In this document: positions 37,957 through 46,400 of the stretch, piece by piece
Position numbering within the stretch: position 1 is the stretch's first letter
Layout: the number at the start of each line of letters is the position of its first letter
Assembly: GCA_016839445.1 (NCBI GenBank)
Contig: JAEOUG010000058.1
Location: 1-52,334, forward strand
DNA: 52,334 nt
Reading direction: 5' to 3'
Source: Candidatus Thorarchaeota archaeon
GTDB taxonomy: Archaea; Asgardarchaeota; Thorarchaeia; Thorarchaeales; Thorarchaeaceae
The notes under the pieces: generated by a model
Told to the model about the DNA's origin: nothing
Seen by the model: only the letters and a program-made list of their open reading frames with translations
Databases searched by the model: none
Made by a program: the position numbers and the translations under genes

Positions 37957-38859
37957 GTGACACAAGTGTTAGTTGCTGATGTCACCTGGCGGCAGAAGAA
38001 TGGCACGTCCTACGAGTCCGGCCTTACTGTCTGGCCGGAGGGGAGCGGCTCTCCCGCATTCCTACGTATGTCGAAGGGCAAGGAGCTTGAGTGGGTTTTC
38101 CGAGGGCCTCGTCTTTGCGTTGGGTCGCACGACAACGCTGGAAGGATGATAAGATGTCCTGAGGACTCTGTAATCCTCAGGTCCGGCACACGCTGTGGAC
38201 CTTGCGCTGCAATGGACATTGCAGATCCGTGCATTCGCTGTGACGGCAGGAGCTGCAGAGCACCTGAGGGACGACGTATCCAGTGTGAGTCCACTGACTA
38301 CGTGGTCTATCTTGTGGTTTTCAATGACAGCACTCTGAAAGTCGGAGTCTCTACAAAGAAACGGGTCCTCACGCGATGGGTTGAACAGGGAGCAGACTTC
38401 GGAGGCGTCCTGCAAGATATTGAGGGCGGTCGCAAGGCACGACTCGCAGAACATCGTCTGGCGCGTCGGAAGGGGATATTCAAACAGGTCCATAGTAGTC
38501 GAAAGATACGAAGCCTGCCCCTCAGTCTGGAACTGGAGCAAGCTCAGGCTCTGGCCGATGAGTTCCTCTCCTCCCTGGATGATCCGTTCATCGGAATCGA
38601 AACGGAATTGGAGAGTCTAGGTAAGCACTACATGCTTCCGCCATTGGAGCGCCCTCCAAGTCCATGGAAGAAACGCTCTGAGCCTGTTGACAAGAGGCCT
38701 CTTACCGGAGAAGTCGTGGGAATGAAAGGACCAATCCTCATCACGTCCATAGGCTCTGCCTTGACTGCCACAGATATGAAACAGGTCGTGGGCTACTCCA
38801 TTGACCGGGATTCCGATATTACTGTGATAACACAGACCGGCCTTGCTGATTTCTTCTAG
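37957..38859 (+). CDS. DUF2797-like Cys-rich protein with a C-terminal PIP-like motif
   Basis: Cys clusters, VVYL...LKVGVS...TRWVEQGA, GEVVGMKG; C-terminus QTGLADFF. Confidence 0.75.
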   Translation: MTQVLVADVTWRQKNGTSYESGLTVWPEGSGSPAFLRMSKGKELEWVFRGPRLCVGSHDNAGRMIRCPEDSVILRSGTRCGPCAAMDIADPCIRCDGRSCRAPEGRRIQCESTDYVVYLVVFNDSTLKVGVSTKKRVLTRWVEQGADFGGVLQDIEGGRKARLAEHRLARRKGIFKQVHSSRKIRSLPLSLELEQAQALADEFLSSLDDPFIGIETELESLGKHYMLPPLERPPSPWKKRSEPVDKRPLTGEVVGMKGPILITSIGSALTATDMKQVVGYSIDRDSDITVITQTGLADFF

Positions 38860-38895
38860 CAAGTCTTTTAGGGTGACAAACATCTCAGGATTTCG

Positions 38896-39765
38896 ATGAC
38901 ATCGGCCGGGGAACAGAAGGCATTGGTCAGATATCTCTCGCTCGTCCGGAAGGAGGGCGGAGAGCCCATAGTGGGTATTCCCTACCGCGAGATGTCTGTC
39001 GACCCCGACCTTGTGGCAAGCTTCGTTCTGGCAGTCATCATTTTCGAGAACAGGCAACTGAAGACGTTCACCAAGGAAGGCTACACTGTAGTTATCGAAG
39101 AGGGTGACCATGTTGTTGGGCTCCTCATTGTCGACAAGATTGAGGATGACAGCCCGTATCGCTACAATCTCAAGAAGATCATTACGAGGTTCGAGAGCCA
39201 GTATGAGGCTCAGCTCATCGCCTGGAAGGGAGACATACGCCCGTTTCGTGAGTTCGCACTGGAGATCCTCTCAGTATACCCATACAGGAACTTCAGCCTC
39301 AAGATGATTCCAAGGCTTGTGAGCAAGTCCGAGGCCACCCCCGACCATCAGGCCTCCATTCCCTGGAGTGTGGGTGAGACCGACAGAAAGATGCAGATTG
39401 TTCTCGGGTATATCAATGGGAAGAGAACCATAGAGAATATCCTCGAGCAGTCCGAAATCGATGACTCTGAGATCATCGCGATTCTGTCCATGCTTGACCG
39501 GTACAACTGGATCACGCTATCCCGACCATTGCATGACGGATCTGTCTTGGTCAAGATTATGGACCCTCCTCTCTTCTTGAAGGGTGTCTACGGAGACCAA
39601 CTTACAGTCCTCGTGGAACTGTGTGACGGGTCTCGCACGGTGTCACAGCTCTGTGACCTGCTACCCTTCAATCTGGAGGCTGTCAAGACAGTCGCCCGCA
39701 ATCTGATTGACGGTGGAGTGCTGGGTTTCAAGGAGAGAGACCCTGAGGAGATGGAGGAGTACTAG
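38896..39765 (+). CDS. Longin + tandem wHTH protein (NPRL2/NPRL3-like architecture), paralog A
   Basis: Longin pattern GGEPI...VDPDLVASFVLAV...FESQY...WKGDIRPFREF; wHTH motifs INGKRTIENI and CDGSRTVSQL. Confidence 0.7.
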   Translation: MTSAGEQKALVRYLSLVRKEGGEPIVGIPYREMSVDPDLVASFVLAVIIFENRQLKTFTKEGYTVVIEEGDHVVGLLIVDKIEDDSPYRYNLKKIITRFESQYEAQLIAWKGDIRPFREFALEILSVYPYRNFSLKMIPRLVSKSEATPDHQASIPWSVGETDRKMQIVLGYINGKRTIENILEQSEIDDSEIIAILSMLDRYNWITLSRPLHDGSVLVKIMDPPLFLKGVYGDQLTVLVELCDGSRTVSQLCDLLPFNLEAVKTVARNLIDGGVLGFKERDPEEMEEY

Positions 39766-39767
39766 GA

Positions 39768-40595
39768 ATGGCTCTAGATGTTTCCAGGGTTCGCTACATC
39801 TCACTGATCCGTCTAGAGGGTGGAGAGTCCGTCCTCAACATCCCCTACGCAGAGCTCACCGTGGATCCTGACCTGATTGCTGGCTTCGTCACTGCTGTCA
39901 TTATCTTCGCCAACACACCAATCAGGACCATCAGAAAGGCGGCATATGACATTCTGATTGAAGTTGGCAGCTCGGTTCTAGTTCTCCTAGTCGTGGACCC
40001 TGTGCCTGAGGAAGGGCCGTATCGTGAGAAGCTGAGGAGAATCCTCACTGCTGTTGAGAGCAAGCACGGAGATCGTTTGAAGCACTTCGAAGGGGATGTA
40101 AGGAGATTTCGAGAGTTCGCCCTTAGTATCATCAGAGAGTTTCCTTTCGGTTCCGTGGACTTGGATCTCGTTCCTGTCAAGAATAACAAAGGCGTCAAGA
40201 TCCCATTCCGTGTAGGCGAAGTCGATCAGCAGCTTGAGCTGCTTGAATCCTTCATCAGCGGCAAGAGGACCGTGGCCGAGATAATGGACCTGATGAATCT
40301 CACCGACAAGGATGTCCTTGCGCTCATCTCAATCCTCGCAAGATATGGATGGGTCGACTTCAAGCGCCGTCTGACCGATGAGGACATCCTGATGAAGGCC
40401 GAGTGTCCTGAGGTGAAACTGAAGCAGCTCAAGGCACAATACGGCGAGGCTGTTGACGTTCTACTCAAGAAGTTCGATGGCACTTCAAGGATTCAGGATG
40501 TTTCAGGCTCGTTGCCCTTCGACAAGAATGCCCTGTGGTTTCTCATCAACAAGCTAGTAGAGCTCGGGTGTCTCGAGAGGAAGTCAAGCGCTTAG
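39768..40595 (+). CDS. Longin + tandem wHTH protein (NPRL2/NPRL3-like architecture), paralog B
   Basis: GGESV...VDPDLIAGFVTAV...FEGDVRRFREF; ISGKRTVAEI and FDGTSRIQDV. Starts 2 bp after paralog A. Confidence 0.7.
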   Translation: MALDVSRVRYISLIRLEGGESVLNIPYAELTVDPDLIAGFVTAVIIFANTPIRTIRKAAYDILIEVGSSVLVLLVVDPVPEEGPYREKLRRILTAVESKHGDRLKHFEGDVRRFREFALSIIREFPFGSVDLDLVPVKNNKGVKIPFRVGEVDQQLELLESFISGKRTVAEIMDLMNLTDKDVLALISILARYGWVDFKRRLTDEDILMKAECPEVKLKQLKAQYGEAVDVLLKKFDGTSRIQDVSGSLPFDKNALWFLINKLVELGCLERKSSA

Positions 40596-41422
40596 AGTAT
40601 CCTATCATTTCCTGGGATTCCAACCACATCGCTGCGGCACTGCTTGCAGTGAGTGAACTGAGCGATGTGCGCGGAGCCTCCTGATCTTGCCACTCTGAGC
40701 TCGGCGCTGGTCGGAGGTCTCAGAAACGCCATCTTGTCACTAGGCACAAGAGGAACGATGTTTTGCAGGGCAGCTCCTGCCTCTGCAATGCGCACTGAGA
40801 TCTCGGCCATCTCATGGCTGTTGACAGATGGTATTAGAATGGTGTTCACTTTCACTGCAAATCCTGCCTCTGCAGCCAATCTGATTCCCTCCAGCTGGAG
40901 ACTAATGACTCTCTCCCCCATTTCCTCTCCTGAGGCTCTCTTCCCATTGATGATAGCCCACTCGTATATTGAAGCCGCCGTGTGTGGTCTTGCTGCGCTC
41001 ATCGAGACTGAGATGGTGTCAATCCCCAGTTCCTTGAGCTTTTCAAGCGACTCGGGAAGCAGAGTGCCATTCGTGCTTAGGCAGAGCTTCAGCCACTCGT
41101 GTTTCCTGTGAATCTCACTAAGAAGAGCGAAGGTCTCCGAGTTCGCCAGTGGCTCGCCTGGCCCTGACACTGCAACTATCTTCAGCCTGTCTGTGGCCTC
41201 CAACTCCCTTTCCAGCACATACAGAGCATTGGCCACAGACATCACATTGGATGCGAATCCAGGCTTAGAGCTGTGACAGGCTGAACCAATACTATGGTCA
41301 CAGAACGCACACTTCACGTTGCAGAATGGTGCAACTGGCAGATGAATCCTTGACCAGAGTTCCTCACGTGATATAGAGTAGCAAGGATGGTGATTGAATG
41401 GATAGTCTAATGGCGATTCCAT
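40592..41422 (-). CDS. NifB-like radical SAM protein (stand-alone, no NifX domain)
   Basis: HPCY, RIHLPVAPFCNVKCAFC, SGPGEPLAN, CLSTNG, KVNTILIP, HCKQCRSDVVG. Confidence 0.85.
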   Translation of the reverse strand: MESPLDYPFNHHPCYSISREELWSRIHLPVAPFCNVKCAFCDHSIGSACHSSKPGFASNVMSVANALYVLERELEATDRLKIVAVSGPGEPLANSETFALLSEIHRKHEWLKLCLSTNGTLLPESLEKLKELGIDTISVSMSAARPHTAASIYEWAIINGKRASGEEMGERVISLQLEGIRLAAEAGFAVKVNTILIPSVNSHEMAEISVRIAEAGAALQNIVPLVPSDKMAFLRPPTSAELRVARSGGSAHIAQFTHCKQCRSDVVGIPGNDRIL

Positions 41423-41437
41423 CGTGGCCGCAACTAC

Positions 41438-41821
41438 TCAGTACAGGATCTTTCTTGCTTCCCTTGCAGTCCTCTTGGCGTCGGTGAAAATGAGGCCAAG
41501 CTTCGCATTTTCGGGCGCGGTGACTGTAAGGATGTAGTCTTGGGAGATTGAGATCACAAGTGTGGTACCTAGGTCTCCAGTGATTATGATTGAGCGTAGC
41601 TCGCCCTGCTTCAGCTCCTTCACAGTCTGTTCACCGGCGGAATGGATGCTGGCAACCAGAGCGGCCACTGATACTTCCTCTGTTCCCGCGTGAAAGTGAC
41701 TGACCAAGGGTAGACCTTCGACTGAGAAGATGGCGGCACCAAGGATTGGCGACTTGTTTGCCAGAGACTTCAGCAGCTCCCTCATGTGTTCCTGCAGTTT
41801 GATTGCGCTCGGGTCCTCCAA
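41438..41821 (-). CDS. Roadblock/LC7 (MglB/LAMTOR-like) domain protein
   Basis: ILGAAIFSVEGLPLVS...VAALVASI...ELKQGELRSIIITGDLG...AKLGLIF. Confidence 0.9.
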   Translation of the reverse strand: MEDPSAIKLQEHMRELLKSLANKSPILGAAIFSVEGLPLVSHFHAGTEEVSVAALVASIHSAGEQTVKELKQGELRSIIITGDLGTTLVISISQDYILTVTAPENAKLGLIFTDAKRTAREARKILY

Positions 41822-41900
41822 GACTTCAGCCTCGCATCTTCTCTCTTCTCTGTTCGGCCTATATGGCTTAGGGAAGCTACAGATAAAGCTTGGCAGTGTT

Positions 41901-42905
41901 CTACTCGATGAGCCTCACTGATGTCACTGTATCACTGTGGAGGCTCGTCGCTGGGGTCTTCATAACCCTCAGGACATCGTCTGCACGTTCATCAAGACCT
42001 GCATCCTTCAGTAGGCCTATGAGCTCGAATCCTGAAGTGATGATGACGCCCTTGACAGGGTTCCCCTTCTTCATTGAGTCAAGGAGCTCCTCTGCCGTCC
42101 ATAGCTTGCAGCTCAAGTTGAGGTCTTTGTGTTTCTCGAGGTGACTAATCCCCTTTCGAGCTATGCCCCGGTTCTCCCTCTGCTCGTTTGTGTACGCCTT
42201 CCGTTTGTACACCTTCTTGAGGCGTTCTACTCCTTCCTTCACAAGCTGCTTGGAGTGGATTTGACCCTCGTAAGCAGGGCGCACTGTCTTCGTCGTCGTC
42301 GTCACGAGCCAGGCAGTGCCCCACACGTTCTTGTACCGCATGGCCTTCAAGAGCTCTGACTCACTCAGGAGTGTCAGCGCACGGTATCCCTTGTATTCCA
42401 CCGATATTGTCCAATTCGGATCCTTGTGCTCGACGACAAGATCTGGCGTCAAGCCCTCGCCCGTTTGTGGCACGCTCGTTTCCACGTCCGGGAAGAGCTT
42501 CAGTATGAGGGCCAAGAATGCCTCATGGAACAAGTTGTGCCTGAGGTTTCTCGCTTCCTGGGGGTGACGTAGTCCAGCCTGCCTGTAGAGAACTGGCATT
42601 TCCACTGTCTGGCCTGTCCTCTGGCGTATCTCGCTCTTAGTTGTGAGCCGTCCTCTGGCGTGATTCCTGGTCACGAGCCTGATAGCTGCTTCAGTGCCTA
42701 TGAGCTCGTACACAATCCTGCCCAGGTCCTTGTTACTCAGGCTGCTGTCTTCCTGGATGCGCCTTTGGGCCTCGTCGTATGCCCAATCTATTACCTCTTG
42801 GGCGTCTGGGCCCAGAAGGTCGGTTATCGACTTCAGTTTCTCACCCAAGGTGTACTTCCTGATGTGCTTTCGTAGTTCTGTTCCTGTGTTTACTCGTCGG
42901 GACAA
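41901..42905 (-). CDS. Hypothetical protein with a PD-(D/E)XK nuclease-like motif
   Basis: HE...TPDLVV...SVEYKGY; helical N-terminal domain. Confidence 0.6.
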   Translation of the reverse strand: MSRRVNTGTELRKHIRKYTLGEKLKSITDLLGPDAQEVIDWAYDEAQRRIQEDSSLSNKDLGRIVYELIGTEAAIRLVTRNHARGRLTTKSEIRQRTGQTVEMPVLYRQAGLRHPQEARNLRHNLFHEAFLALILKLFPDVETSVPQTGEGLTPDLVVEHKDPNWTISVEYKGYRALTLLSESELLKAMRYKNVWGTAWLVTTTTKTVRPAYEGQIHSKQLVKEGVERLKKVYKRKAYTNEQRENRGIARKGISHLEKHKDLNLSCKLWTAEELLDSMKKGNPVKGVIITSGFELIGLLKDAGLDERADDVLRVMKTPATSLHSDTVTSVRLIE

Positions 42906-42933
42906 ATCTATCTCACTCTTTCTTGTCTGGGGA

Positions 42934-43614
42934 CTAGCCTGATCTTCGCACGATGTCCTTGATCAGGTTCACCTCTTGGCTGTCCTCGTCATAGCTTACG
43001 AGGTCTGCATTGGCGAGGTCGTGTACTGCTTTAAGTACTACCGCAGGTTGGATGCCAGTACTCGAGGCGATGTTGCTGCGAGGGATGGCGGACTTGACAT
43101 CATGCAGTGTGTAGAGTATCCGCGCATGGGGCTTGCCATAGAACACGGTCTCTATCAGAGTGATGTAGATGGCCAAGAGATCACTCACATCGACCTTCTC
43201 TTCAAGTGCCTCTTTCTCTGCAGAGGCCTCCCGATAGAGCTCCGAGACCCGGTTGAGCTGCGCGTTGATTTCATCCATCTCTCTGCGCAGTTCATCTCGC
43301 TCTCTTCGCAGTTCGTCAACGGCTGCATCCTTCGACGATTCGGCATCTGACAGCTGTGACTTGAGCTGGTCGAGTTCCTCGGTGGCTTCCTTGAGCTTGT
43401 TAGTGCTCTTGTCTGCCTTTGCCTTCGCCTTGTCGAGTTCGGCAGTCAGTTCCTTGACCTTCTCTTCTAGAGCCCACGCCTTTTCCTCAGCTTCCCTTCT
43501 TGTAGTCCTGATTTCTTCGCTCTCATTTGTCAGCTTCTCGAACTCGTCGAGAACATCAGTGAGCGAGCTTTTGATTTCATCAAGCTGGTTCAGCATCTTC
43601 TCCCTTTCGGTCAT
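42934..43614 (-). CDS. Coiled-coil protein with C-terminal winged helix
   Basis: About 140-aa heptad region; PHARILYTLH...RSNIASSTGIQPAVVLKAVHDLANADLVSYD. Confidence 0.75.
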   Translation of the reverse strand: MTEREKMLNQLDEIKSSLTDVLDEFEKLTNESEEIRTTRREAEEKAWALEEKVKELTAELDKAKAKADKSTNKLKEATEELDQLKSQLSDAESSKDAAVDELRRERDELRREMDEINAQLNRVSELYREASAEKEALEEKVDVSDLLAIYITLIETVFYGKPHARILYTLHDVKSAIPRSNIASSTGIQPAVVLKAVHDLANADLVSYDEDSQEVNLIKDIVRRSG

Positions 43615-43651
43615 GAAGAAACTCCTCGCCTGTCCAGAAGAAAGACGTGCT

Positions 43652-44779
43652 TTATATGAGTTTCACATCGAACTGCGAAGACTTATCTCTCAGGTACCTC
43701 GAGTAGAGGTCCTTCAGCTCTTTGAGTGGAAGGCCATATGCCTTGAAGGATTCAAGCTCACCCTTCCTCTTGTTCTTCAACATGGCCTCATTCTGCTTCC
43801 GAAGTTCCTCATCTTCTCTAATCGCAGGAATGTTGCGGTTCTGCTGCGCGCATCGAATATCTGATTTCGTCATCTTCTCAAGTGAGTGTTCAACTCCCTG
43901 CAAGATGCCACGCTTGCTCCAGAAGTCACTTGGTGTTAGGCCCACAAGCTTCGCTTCTGGGGTGGCAAGGCCTTGGATGTTCGCAAGTTCGATGGAATTC
44001 GATTTGATTGTTGAGAAGATCCTCAATGACCATGGGGACATGTCTACGAGAACTAGAACGGGTAGGCCCGCATCAGCAAGCCTCCGTATCCAAGCCCTCA
44101 TGTTTCGACCCGGCTGACCGAACAGTGACCCAACACCAATTCGTATGTCTTCTGGAAGTCCGAGTTCAATCAGGTTTCGAGCCATCGCCTCCTTCTCGAC
44201 AAATACGGCGGCATCGATGTTGATCTCATGGATTTTCACATCGAAGGGTCTTGACGAAATGAACCAGCCATACTCCCCAGAACTCGTGCAGTTGATCTTC
44301 TTCCCTGATAGGTCAGAAAGCGTGATGTCACCGTAGAATGTTCCCTTGGGCGAGCTTACAACTCCTAGCTCCTCACGTGGGATGGATGCCGATTCACTCC
44401 TCAGTATACGCTCACATAGGTTGATCATGCGGTTGGTCTCGGTTTGGTCCGAAACTTGCAGCACTTCCTGTACATGTTTCACCTTGTGCATGTAGTAGAA
44501 GTCCCTAAGGCTCATTGACATGCCTGCCTGTAGGTGTTCTTTGAACTTGGTCAGGCCGTAGATGAGTCCTGCAATGGTCTTTGCGCTCTCCACCTTCCTT
44601 CCGTCAATGAACGATGCACTGCTATCGACTGAAGCGTACTTCCCCTCGTCAGTATATCTGACGTTCTTCTTGGAAGAACCATAGTAGCCAATCTCGGGGA
44701 ACATACCATCCTCAAGTGTTTCTGCCAGGGTTTCAAGCACATTGTCGATGAGTCCTACGACCTCGGGTGCATGGCTCAC
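43652..44779 (-). CDS. top6A: DNA topoisomerase VI subunit A (Spo11-like), divergent
   Basis: LRDFYY (catalytic Tyr), REELGV...KG, VEKEA, GQP, VDMSPW, KGELES; overlaps top6B by 4 bp. Confidence 0.88.
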   Translation of the reverse strand: MSHAPEVVGLIDNVLETLAETLEDGMFPEIGYYGSSKKNVRYTDEGKYASVDSSASFIDGRKVESAKTIAGLIYGLTKFKEHLQAGMSMSLRDFYYMHKVKHVQEVLQVSDQTETNRMINLCERILRSESASIPREELGVVSSPKGTFYGDITLSDLSGKKINCTSSGEYGWFISSRPFDVKIHEINIDAAVFVEKEAMARNLIELGLPEDIRIGVGSLFGQPGRNMRAWIRRLADAGLPVLVLVDMSPWSLRIFSTIKSNSIELANIQGLATPEAKLVGLTPSDFWSKRGILQGVEHSLEKMTKSDIRCAQQNRNIPAIREDEELRKQNEAMLKNKRKGELESFKAYGLPLKELKDLYSRYLRDKSSQFDVKLI

Positions 44780-46317
44780 TGCTCGTCCCCTCCATTGAAG
44801 ATTGGCAGATCATCGAGCGAAACATTGCGTCCTATGGCTGAAGATAGAGTATCTGCCATGAACTCATAGTATGCGATCATCTTGCTCCGACGTCTCCTGT
44901 CTCGTGTAACGCGTTCTCTCCTCCTGAGCTTCTTCTTCAGTTCTCTTAGGCAGTCCTTGATGCCCAAATCCACTTCTCTTCGAACCGAGTCGACGTCAGC
45001 AATGTATTCCTTGCCCACGGTCTTGTAGGGGATCTTCGTTGAGCATATGTGAACTATGAACGCCAGTGGGTCCTCCTGGCGGAGTCCGTAGTGTTTCAGG
45101 TTGAGGGACTTCACAACCTTGTGTGACACATCCGAGCCCTCATCGTATAGCAGAGGGATTCGATTGGCAAACCGATAGAGCTTGGTGCCTTGCTCCAGTT
45201 TGCCTCCAAATGCTACACCTGTTTCAACAATAAACGGATGACCTTCATGCACGCTTGGAGACCTCTGCCTGAAGACTGCATAGTCAGGTTCAAGTCTTCT
45301 AACACCCGCTTCAAGAATCTCAACACCGGCCGGTGACAGGGACTTGGGTGATGGCGGGAGGAATCTCTCGTATGTGCTCATGGCATTCATCAGAGCGACG
45401 AGTGCTCCCTGCCCCACTTCAGAGGGTTCAGCCTCAGGGTCGAGTCCTGCATAGCTGAGGAATTCGGTCGCTATCGTTTCTCCTACTCTCTGGAACGAGT
45501 TTACGAGGAAGGACTTCAGTGATTTCGAACGTGAGCTGGATAGCATCCTTTTCAGCATCTCTGTGTCGATTCCTCGGGGATGGGGGGGCATCTCCTCCGG
45601 TCGTTCCAGTGCCATGTTCACCAGTCGGTCAAAGCGCACCAGCTCGTCATCCGGAGTTTCAAACATCAATGATGCATTTGGCAGAATGAGTGAAGTCTGT
45701 GTGAAGTAATCCATGATTCGCTTCTTGCTCCTGATCCAGTCTCCCTCCAGAGCAAACGAGACCATTGTCCCTGATTCTTCACGTGCCTTGGATATTGTGT
45801 TGCTTTCGACTATATCCGGGGCGTTGTTCTCAATATCCAATCGCATGAGGACTCTGTGGCCTACCTCTGACCCCCGTCGCCCAGTGACGACCTCGATCGG
45901 TTCTTGTGTAGTGACTTGACCGTAGAGGAGCGCCAGGCTACCACCCAGACCGAATGTCCCTCTACTCTGCCGCTGCGTGAACTTCGTGCCTGTTAGCATC
46001 TTCCCTATGAGGACAGGGATTGAGTCCTTCTCCATTCCGCTTCCATTGTCCTTGACAGTCAGCCTGTAGATCTGAGGCCCGGCAGAGAGAATCCCACTCT
46101 CTTCATCAGGCTCATTCTCAGCACTGAGCAGCACTGTCACCTCCGGAGGCACAAGCGCATCTTCACAGGCATCTAGGCTGTTTTCCACCATCTCTCGGAT
46201 GGATACGTACAATGAGCGAGCAGGATTATCGAATCCAGCGATTGTCCGATTCCTGTAGAACCATGCGGAAACAGAGAGCTCCACAATGTCCGACGTTTGT
46301 GTCTTTGGCGTCAGCAA
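44776..46317 (-). CDS. top6B: DNA topoisomerase VI subunit B
   Basis: GFDNPARSL, REMVENSLDA, KDNGSG, QSRGTFGLG, PHPRG, RFANRIPLLY, GKEYIA. Confidence 0.93.
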   Translation of the reverse strand: MLTPKTQTSDIVELSVSAWFYRNRTIAGFDNPARSLYVSIREMVENSLDACEDALVPPEVTVLLSAENEPDEESGILSAGPQIYRLTVKDNGSGMEKDSIPVLIGKMLTGTKFTQRQSRGTFGLGGSLALLYGQVTTQEPIEVVTGRRGSEVGHRVLMRLDIENNAPDIVESNTISKAREESGTMVSFALEGDWIRSKKRIMDYFTQTSLILPNASLMFETPDDELVRFDRLVNMALERPEEMPPHPRGIDTEMLKRMLSSSRSKSLKSFLVNSFQRVGETIATEFLSYAGLDPEAEPSEVGQGALVALMNAMSTYERFLPPSPKSLSPAGVEILEAGVRRLEPDYAVFRQRSPSVHEGHPFIVETGVAFGGKLEQGTKLYRFANRIPLLYDEGSDVSHKVVKSLNLKHYGLRQEDPLAFIVHICSTKIPYKTVGKEYIADVDSVRREVDLGIKDCLRELKKKLRRRERVTRDRRRRSKMIAYYEFMADTLSSAIGRNVSLDDLPIFNGGDEQ

Positions 46318-46400
46318 TCAAATCGACCCCCGGGAGTTCATGGAGGTCTCTGTATTGTGCTGCTATGAAGCGTGGTATTATACGTGCAACATGAAACCGG

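Noticed and set aside
40592-41422. Evidence of nitrogen fixation
   Set aside because: No nifH/D/K in the window, and the NifB signature motifs are partly non-canonical.
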